Source: a candidate division FCPU426 bacterium (GTDB lineage: Bacteria > Oederibacteriota > Muellerivitia > Muellerivitales > Muellerivitaceae). Taken from it: 64,000 nucleotides of DNA. A program made the position numbers and the translations under genes. A model generated the notes under the pieces. It worked only from the letters and a program-made list of their open reading frames with translations. It was not told where the DNA came from and did not search any database. Shown one piece after another: positions 58,117 to 64,000 of the stretch (its first letter is position 1; each line of letters begins with the position of its first letter). The stretch spans positions 354,196-418,195 of the forward strand of contig CAVRAL010000004.1 in assembly GCA_963719085.1 (NCBI GenBank), in the 5' to 3' direction.

Positions 58117-58310
58117 TATTACTAATATCTCCTAAAATTATTCCTAAATGCTTTATTGAATCTTCGCAAATAAATCAGTTTCACCTTCAATCCCCCGCTT
58201 AAGCGACTTCCCTATTTAACAATAATTTTCATTCCGCCAAGGGATTTCCAATTCCAAAACGTCTATAGTATTGCCCCTCGCCGCTTATTTTGAATCAACC
58301 GGAGTTTTAC

Positions 58311-59135
58311 GTGAATTTTCGCCAACTGGGGATCATCGCCTGGGCCTTGACCACCCTTAGCGCGCAGGCATCCCCTGTCGCCACCCAGCCCCACGTTTCG
58401 GTGGAACTGATCAGCCAAACCTCCACCCTTCAACCGGGACAGCCCGTCACGCTAGGCTTTCACTTTAAGATCGACCATGGCTGGCATCTTTATTGGTCCA
58501 ACCCGGGCGACTCAGGCCTGGCGCCCGAATTTATCTGGTCCCTGCCCGAAGGCTTTTCGGCCCAGCCGGTTCTTTGGCCCACTCCCCAGAGGCTGGCCGC
58601 GCCCTCTTTAATGGACTACGGGTACAAAAGTGACGTGCTTTTCATGGTGCCGGTCCAGGTTCCGGCGGACGCCCATCCGGGGGAAATCATCAATTTTTCC
58701 GTTTTGGCCCGCTGGCTGGTTTGTAATGAAATCTGCATTCCGGGCCGGGTCACGCTCAGTTTGAAAATGGTGGTAAAGCCCAAAAATCCGGGACCCTCCA
58801 AAAGGGCCAAGCTTTTCATCGCCGCTGCGAAAACACTGCCCCTGCCCTGGCCGGCTTCCTGGAAAGCCCAAGGCGCCTTGGACGATAAGGCCTTTCATTT
58901 ATCCGTGACCACAAGTGAAAAACCTTTGGATGCCTGGTTCTTCCCTTTGAACCCCAATCAAATGGATAACCCCGCTCCCCAGAAATTCCATTTGGCGGCC
59001 CATACCTTTCACCTGACTTTAAAACGGTCCGATCAGCTCACGACGGACGTCCAAACCCTCGACGGATTGATTGTTTTGAAAACAAAAAACGGGGCCAAAG
59101 GTTATTCATTGACGATTCCCCTGTCGGCGCAATAA
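58311..59135 (+). CDS. periplasmic DsbD-alpha-like (DsbC/ScsB N-terminal-type) domain protein
   Basis: GTG start with GGAG RBS gives signal peptide MNFRQLGIIAWALTTLSAQA. ...DHGWHLYWSNPGDSGLAP... and CNEIC Cys pair resemble the DsbD alpha-domain. Confidence 0.55.
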   Translation: MNFRQLGIIAWALTTLSAQASPVATQPHVSVELISQTSTLQPGQPVTLGFHFKIDHGWHLYWSNPGDSGLAPEFIWSLPEGFSAQPVLWPTPQRLAAPSLMDYGYKSDVLFMVPVQVPADAHPGEIINFSVLARWLVCNEICIPGRVTLSLKMVVKPKNPGPSKRAKLFIAAAKTLPLPWPASWKAQGALDDKAFHLSVTTSEKPLDAWFFPLNPNQMDNPAPQKFHLAAHTFHLTLKRSDQLTTDVQTLDGLIVLKTKNGAKGYSLTIPLSAQ

Positions 59136-59164
59136 TCTATTTTTAAAAATTGAAGGAGAAGACC

Positions 59165-59791
59165 ATGAAATCATTCCATCCAATCTTGAGGTTCCTGGTT
59201 CTGGCGGCCTTTGCCGTGAGTGGAAGCGCCTTTGCCGCGGCGGTCGGCCAACCCGCGCCCAGCTTCACCACCGTCGACACCAACGGAAAACCGGTGATGC
59301 TGGCCAACCTCAAGGGAAAAACCGTGGTCCTGGAATGGCACAATCCGGATTGCCCCTTCGTTAAAAGCCAGTACCAGGGCAAGATGCAAAAACTGCAAAA
59401 AAAATGGACTAGCCAAGGCGTCATCTGGCTTTCGATCAATTCTTCCGCTCCCGGCCTGGAAGGATCCGTGGACGCTTCGGAGGCCAACGAGGACGTGAAA
59501 TCAAATCAATCCAACGTGACCGCAACCATTCTGGATCCCACCGGCAAAATCGGCCACGCTTACGGGGCCAAATCAACGCCTCATATGTTCGTGATCAATC
59601 CCAAGGGAATTCTGATTTATAACGGCGCCATCGACAACGCGCCTCTGGAAGACGCGGTGTCGGACAAAACGCAAAGTGGGGCTCCCTATGTCAATTACGT
59701 CGATCAGGCTTTGACCCAATCCCAAGCGGGCCAGAAAGTCACCACGCCTTCCACCGCCCCTTATGGATGCGGCGTGAAATACGTCGACTGA
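59165..59791 (+). CDS. periplasmic thioredoxin-fold (redoxin-like) protein
   Basis: ATG at 59165 with AGGAG RBS 6 nt upstream (MKSFHPILRFLVLAAFAVSGSAFA signal). ...VVLEWHNPDCPFV... thioredoxin-like active-site region with a single Cys. Confidence 0.55.
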   Translation: MKSFHPILRFLVLAAFAVSGSAFAAAVGQPAPSFTTVDTNGKPVMLANLKGKTVVLEWHNPDCPFVKSQYQGKMQKLQKKWTSQGVIWLSINSSAPGLEGSVDASEANEDVKSNQSNVTATILDPTGKIGHAYGAKSTPHMFVINPKGILIYNGAIDNAPLEDAVSDKTQSGAPYVNYVDQALTQSQAGQKVTTPSTAPYGCGVKYVD

Positions 59792-59819
59792 CCGTTCCTC
59801 TTTAACCCGCCAAAAAAAT

Positions 59820-59852
59820 AGGCCCCGGGAAAACCCCATGGGCCTTTTTTAT
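59820..59852 (+). terminator. rho-independent terminator after the thioredoxin-fold gene
   Basis: aggccccggg-aaaa-ccccatgggcct followed by ttttttatttcc. Confidence 0.65.
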
Positions 59853-59954
59853 TTCCAAGTCAAAAAGCGCGAACTTACGCTTGAGTTATTTAAATCGAAA
59901 GATAAAATCGGGGAACTATCGGGAAGCCCATCCAGCCGGTTTTCAAGGAATCCT

Positions 59955-60239
59955 ATGCCAAGCTACAAAGTCTCCCACATTAAAGTTCAGGGCGTGGACC
60001 TGGTGATTGTGTTTGTACCCCATTCTTTTCCGGTCGAGGGACACCGGGCCCAAAATGAGGCCATCTTGGAATTGGAACGAAGGACCAAATTCCTGGGTTG
60101 GGCGGGGAACGTGGTTCCGGTTTGGAAAAACGACAACGGTACCACGGGTTTCATCGCCCCGGAAAGCCAGCACCCCTTCTTTAAAAGCGTGTCGTTTGAT
60201 TCGCTCGCCAAAAACATCAACAAAGAATTGTCCTGGTAA
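59955..60239 (+). CDS. hypothetical 94-aa protein
   Basis: ATG at 59955 with AAGGA RBS. The ORF-track start at 59838 lies inside the upstream terminator, so it was moved. Confidence 0.4.
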   Translation: MPSYKVSHIKVQGVDLVIVFVPHSFPVEGHRAQNEAILELERRTKFLGWAGNVVPVWKNDNGTTGFIAPESQHPFFKSVSFDSLAKNINKELSW

Positions 60240-60248
60240 TTCCGCGCC

Positions 60249-60866
60249 TTACTTCGCCAATTCGGCGCTGGCGGTGACGCCGCCGCTCCAATCCTGGTTC
60301 GGGTCGTAGGCGTTCAGGCGGCCCAGGTCCTTTTGTTGGCGCGGCTCCACGCGGATCCATCCGTCATCCAAATCCGCATCCATATTCACCAGGGTCGTGG
60401 CGCCAATGCGCACGTCCACAATCTTGTCCGAACTGTTGAAAACCAGGTAGCTCACGCCGTTGTTGGCGTCGTCCTGCTCAAAAAGAACACCCGGTAAATC
60501 GGCCGAACACCAGGCGGCGTAATTGCGGCCGGCCTTACTGGAAGCCGAGGCCCCCGGCCGCGCGCAAGAAGGCGTGGGAGAACCGGAAGGAGTTAAGGCG
60601 GGTGTCGCTTCAGGTGTCGCGGCCGGATTGCTGACGTCGTCCCCCGGAACCGGGGTCGGCGTGGAATCGGCATTCGATATCACCGTGGCAGTGGACGCGG
60701 GGGTTGGTTCCGGCCCGGTTTGGGCCCAAAGCAAAGGCATTCCGGTTCCCAACGCCAGGGTCAAAATCGCGGTTTGGATTATTTTTTTCTTTCGCACAGC
60801 GCCCTCCCCGTCTTCCCGTTTCTTTTTCAATTGGCCACCCTCATTTAGACGCTTCCCCCGCCCCAA
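60249..60866 (-). CDS. secreted hypothetical protein with Pro/Thr-rich N-terminal region
   Basis: Signal-like segment KKKIIQTAILTLALGTGMPLLWA (true start is probably internal, near 60785). No known domain. Confidence 0.45.
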   Translation of the reverse strand: MGRGKRLNEGGQLKKKREDGEGAVRKKKIIQTAILTLALGTGMPLLWAQTGPEPTPASTATVISNADSTPTPVPGDDVSNPAATPEATPALTPSGSPTPSCARPGASASSKAGRNYAAWCSADLPGVLFEQDDANNGVSYLVFNSSDKIVDVRIGATTLVNMDADLDDGWIRVEPRQQKDLGRLNAYDPNQDWSGGVTASAELAK

Positions 60867-60875
60867 ACCGGACGG

Positions 60876-62801
60876 TCATTCATGGTCATCGTCCTTCGGT
60901 GGTATTTTGGAAAACCAATAGCCCGAGTAAAAAATCCGGGTCCGCCCTCGATTGTCTTCCGCCCGTAAAGTTCCCCCATCCCCGTAAAAAAGTCCCGGGA
61001 CGGTGGCCTCCTGGTCGGAAAGCGGCAAAAGCGCCACCCGGTAATCTTTTTCTTTAAGGTCAAAAGCCGGCAGGGAAACCTTCATCTCCACCGTTAAAAA
61101 CCCATCGCGTTCGGTTAAATGCAGGGTTTGAAACTGAAGCAAGGGCTCTGGGTTTTCTTCCATATAGTCCCCTTCCCGCGCTTTCCAAGCCGCGGGGATC
61201 GGCGCCGCGGATATTTTTTGAAGCGGCAACACAAAAGACAATCCGCCCAAGAGCGCGACTTGTTCGTGGCCGATGACGGCGAAAGAAAGCGGGTATTGGG
61301 GCAGGTCCACCGGGAACAAAAATAAGAAAACCAAATGCGGCACGAAGGTATCCTCGGCCACCGGCAAAAGATCCACCCGGTAACCGGTGAACTCCGCCGA
61401 TAAGTGGTTGTCCTGCCGGGAAATGCGGACCAATTGGCCCAGGGCCGAATAGTCCCCGGTATCCTTTTCCAATTCCTCGGTCGGCACGGGCACCAAGGGC
61501 GGCATGGTGACTTTTGGCTTTTCCAAGTTCATGGGGGCTCCGGTCTTAGCGCGCAGCATCAGTTTCAAGGCCCGGGCCACCGTCTCGCCGGCCAATTTAT
61601 CCGCCTCATTGCTGTTGGCTAAAAAAACCACGCCCAATTTTTCTTGCGGCAGCACGGCCACCTGGCTGGTATACCCCGGATATTCCCCGCCCCGCCAAGC
61701 CGCGGCTTTGGCGCCTTCCACCGAAATCCCGCTTAAACGCCAGCCCAACCCGAAAGACTGTCCGAAATCCAAGGGCAATCCTTGAAATTGGGGCTTCCAC
61801 ATTTGCGCGACGGTTTTACGGCTGAGGGGGGCGGGACCGCCGGAAGTTTTCCCTGCCAATATAAATTGCAGAAACTTGGCCATATCGTTGGCGCTGGAAA
61901 TCATTCCAACCGCCGGAACATCCCGGTACCGCGGAACCTCAAAAAGGTTTCCACCGCGGCAACCGGGGGCCAGCGTCCTCGTGGAATCCAAAGCCCCGCC
62001 AAAGGAAGAAGAACTCATCCCCAGAGGCTCAAATACATCTTTTCGCATGGCGTCCGGAAAACTTTCTTTTTTCTCAACCTCGATGACCCGTCCCAAAAGA
62101 TCGTAATCGACGTAAGAGTACTTATAGAGCGTTTGGGGCGGCGCGACCATATAGTCGGACTGGAGCCCCTTCACTAAATCCGACAGACTGGGAGAAGGGT
62201 CGCCCCACATCCCCCGGTAAAAAAAGCCGGGCAGGCCCGAATGCTGGGCCAGTAAAGACCGCAAGGTGATGGGTTTCGTGTTTTTAAACCGGGTATGAAT
62301 CGAAAAACCGGGCAAGGCCAAAGGATCTTCCAAACCCACCATATGGGCCTGAACTAGTTTCATCGTTTCCACCGCGGTGAAAAGTTCCGATGTCGCCCCC
62401 AAACGATAACGTGTGTCTTCCGTGGCCGCTTCATGGGTCACCGGGTCGGCTTGACCAAATCCCTTGGCCCAAACGATTTTTCCCCCATCGACCAGCGCCA
62501 CGCTGAATCCCTTAACGTTGTCCTTCCCGACTTTATCCAGCAAATAGGCGTTCAGATTGGAGACGGCCTCCGAATAATCGGCATGGGGATTAACGGTCGG
62601 CGTCGCGGTGACCGTAAAGGTCGCGGTCAGCTGAGGCGTGGGCGGCAAAGTGGGAAGCGCCGTCATCGGAAGCGGGGTTCCGGATGCGGTGGGAGTGACG
62701 CCCGCTGATTGGGCAAAAAGCGGGGCTCCGGGGAAAAACATCAAAAACCAAACGATGTTTTTGTTCATTTTAAGGAATCCTGAGACTCGGGATGGAACCA
62801 A
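60876..62801 (-). CDS. beta-lactamase-fold (class C / PBP-like) protein with degenerate catalytic motifs plus ~200-aa C-terminal domain
   Basis: 641 aa. Signal peptide. Fold-typical ...GFSVALVDGGKIVWAKGFG...YRLGATSELFTA... but SxxK reads SELF, YxN reads YSY, and no clear KTG. Confidence 0.65.
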   Translation of the reverse strand: MVPSRVSGFLKMNKNIVWFLMFFPGAPLFAQSAGVTPTASGTPLPMTALPTLPPTPQLTATFTVTATPTVNPHADYSEAVSNLNAYLLDKVGKDNVKGFSVALVDGGKIVWAKGFGQADPVTHEAATEDTRYRLGATSELFTAVETMKLVQAHMVGLEDPLALPGFSIHTRFKNTKPITLRSLLAQHSGLPGFFYRGMWGDPSPSLSDLVKGLQSDYMVAPPQTLYKYSYVDYDLLGRVIEVEKKESFPDAMRKDVFEPLGMSSSSFGGALDSTRTLAPGCRGGNLFEVPRYRDVPAVGMISSANDMAKFLQFILAGKTSGGPAPLSRKTVAQMWKPQFQGLPLDFGQSFGLGWRLSGISVEGAKAAAWRGGEYPGYTSQVAVLPQEKLGVVFLANSNEADKLAGETVARALKLMLRAKTGAPMNLEKPKVTMPPLVPVPTEELEKDTGDYSALGQLVRISRQDNHLSAEFTGYRVDLLPVAEDTFVPHLVFLFLFPVDLPQYPLSFAVIGHEQVALLGGLSFVLPLQKISAAPIPAAWKAREGDYMEENPEPLLQFQTLHLTERDGFLTVEMKVSLPAFDLKEKDYRVALLPLSDQEATVPGLFYGDGGTLRAEDNRGRTRIFYSGYWFSKIPPKDDDHE

Positions 62802-62930
62802 TCAGGCGCGCTTTTTTCGTCCATGAGCCATTTTAACTTTTTTGAGCGGGAGTTACCTTGAAAATAGATTCTATCTCGAAAACGGGCTTTAGGGAAAAGC
62901 CAAACGCCAGACCATGATTTCTCGAGTTAT

Positions 62931-63995
62931 TTAAAAATGATAGGTGAGATCCATCGCCAAACGAAGCCCGCTTAAATCCATGACTAATTTCCGCGCGGCC
63001 GCTACTTGGGCTTGCGTGATCCCAAAATTGGCGTAGTCCGCGCTGTTATTAGGCACAAAATTAATGACATTCAACCCGCTATTGGGATCATTAAACATCA
63101 TCAATGTTCCCGGCACGCCGTTCCGGGCCGACACCACCGCGTCCGTATAGGTTCCGGTAAAGTTTGTCGCGTAGCTGTATTGATAGCCGCCCTTGAACGA
63201 CAAAGCCAATCCGCCTCCCAAATCCATCGCCGCGCCCATTTTGAGGGAGGCGTCAAAGGCGGTCGCGTTCCCGGTGTCGCCCGTTTGATCCGTTGACGGA
63301 GTATTTCCCGTGTTTTGCTCGGTTTGAGTCAATTGGGCCGTCATCGGCTGGACGCCGGCTCCCCCTTCCAGGAAAAAACGGGCACCCTCATTAGCTGTCT
63401 TAAAAAAATAAAACCGGGAAAAAACGTTAAGTTCCAAGGAACTTAAGTTCCGTTGCCAATCATGAGAATATTGCGGATGAACGTCGGCCGCGTCAAAAAT
63501 AAAAGGCGTGAAGGCCCAATAATCAAAGTTCAATCCCACATCGAGGTTTGACGTCAGGGGATAAAAAGGGGCGACTTCAAAAACCACGGCGTTATCGGGA
63601 CCCGAGGCATGGAATCGGTATTGATCGGCGGGATTGCCCGCTTGTAATTGGGCGTAATGAAAATTGAGGTAAGCCTGATTCGAGTTGAAGTCGGCCAAAT
63701 TGAAAAAGGCCAATTCGGTGGAGATCCGGGCCCCAAAAATACCCAAAGGAATGGTGCACTCTCCCGAAGGCGCGGGAAGGGTCGGGCTGGCAGTGCTGGT
63801 TCCCAGCGTTGGCTGGGAATCGCTGAAATCCTCCGCCGAGGGGGTGGGTGTGTTCACCAAGCCGGAGGTTAAAGAAGACGGAGTAGGCGCCGAAGCGGGA
63901 AGCGTCATCGGCTCGCCCGCGGGAACCGGCGTTTGGGCTTCCAAAAAAGAAGCGCTAAGCAGAATCGAAATAATTGAAACGATTACCCGGACCAT
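62931..63995 (-). CDS. secreted outer-membrane beta-barrel-like protein
   Basis: 354 aa. Signal peptide MVRVIVSIISILLSASFLEA, Pro/Thr/Ser-rich linker, amphipathic beta segments, C-terminal ...LTYHF. Confidence 0.5.
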   Translation of the reverse strand: MVRVIVSIISILLSASFLEAQTPVPAGEPMTLPASAPTPSSLTSGLVNTPTPSAEDFSDSQPTLGTSTASPTLPAPSGECTIPLGIFGARISTELAFFNLADFNSNQAYLNFHYAQLQAGNPADQYRFHASGPDNAVVFEVAPFYPLTSNLDVGLNFDYWAFTPFIFDAADVHPQYSHDWQRNLSSLELNVFSRFYFFKTANEGARFFLEGGAGVQPMTAQLTQTEQNTGNTPSTDQTGDTGNATAFDASLKMGAAMDLGGGLALSFKGGYQYSYATNFTGTYTDAVVSARNGVPGTLMMFNDPNSGLNVINFVPNNSADYANFGITQAQVAAARKLVMDLSGLRLAMDLTYHF

Positions 63996-64000
63996 GCTTC

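Overview
This is a GC-rich (~58-60% GC) chromosomal segment of a diderm bacterium. Outer-membrane porins, SurA-like chaperones, DsbD, a T9SS-type C-terminal sorting domain and lipoboxes support that. About 60 genes are called, mostly on the minus strand. Housekeeping content includes the ATP synthase F0 genes atpZ/I/B/E (window start), mfd, recQ, tsaB/tsaE/rimI, thiL, argJ, apbC, dsbD, rex, a two-component pair, sugar-nucleotide genes and an AMMECR1/MEMO1 pair. The best candidate for a novel system is an AT-rich (~35% GC) ~3.3-kb island at ~54.95-58.25 kb. It encodes an OLD-family-like ABC-ATPase with TOPRIM-like motifs; this ORF fuses with the following 155-aa ORF if one A is added to an A7 run, giving ~620 aa (intact OLD-nuclease size). 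Convergent to it are a MucR/Ros-type zinc-finger protein with a Lys/Arg-rich tail and a 94-aa unknown, which fits a defense island carrying its own silencer. Other notable items: a ZIP metal permease fused to a two-domain multicopper oxidase; three tandem SurA/PpiC paralogues (one with a beta-rich C-terminal extension); a TPR protein with a C-terminal OM beta-barrel; a porin–PII–PII–GGCT-like–IT-permease cluster; three copies of a ~100-bp MITE-like repeat; a ~65-nt conserved intergenic element upstream of rimI and a PII gene; two gene-end duplications flanking GC-rich palindromes (one creates a leader mini-ORF mimicking the pgm N-terminus); and an unannotated 51-aa zf-HC2 mini-protein with its own terminator between mfd and recQ. 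No rRNA, tRNA or CRISPR array was recognised by eye.
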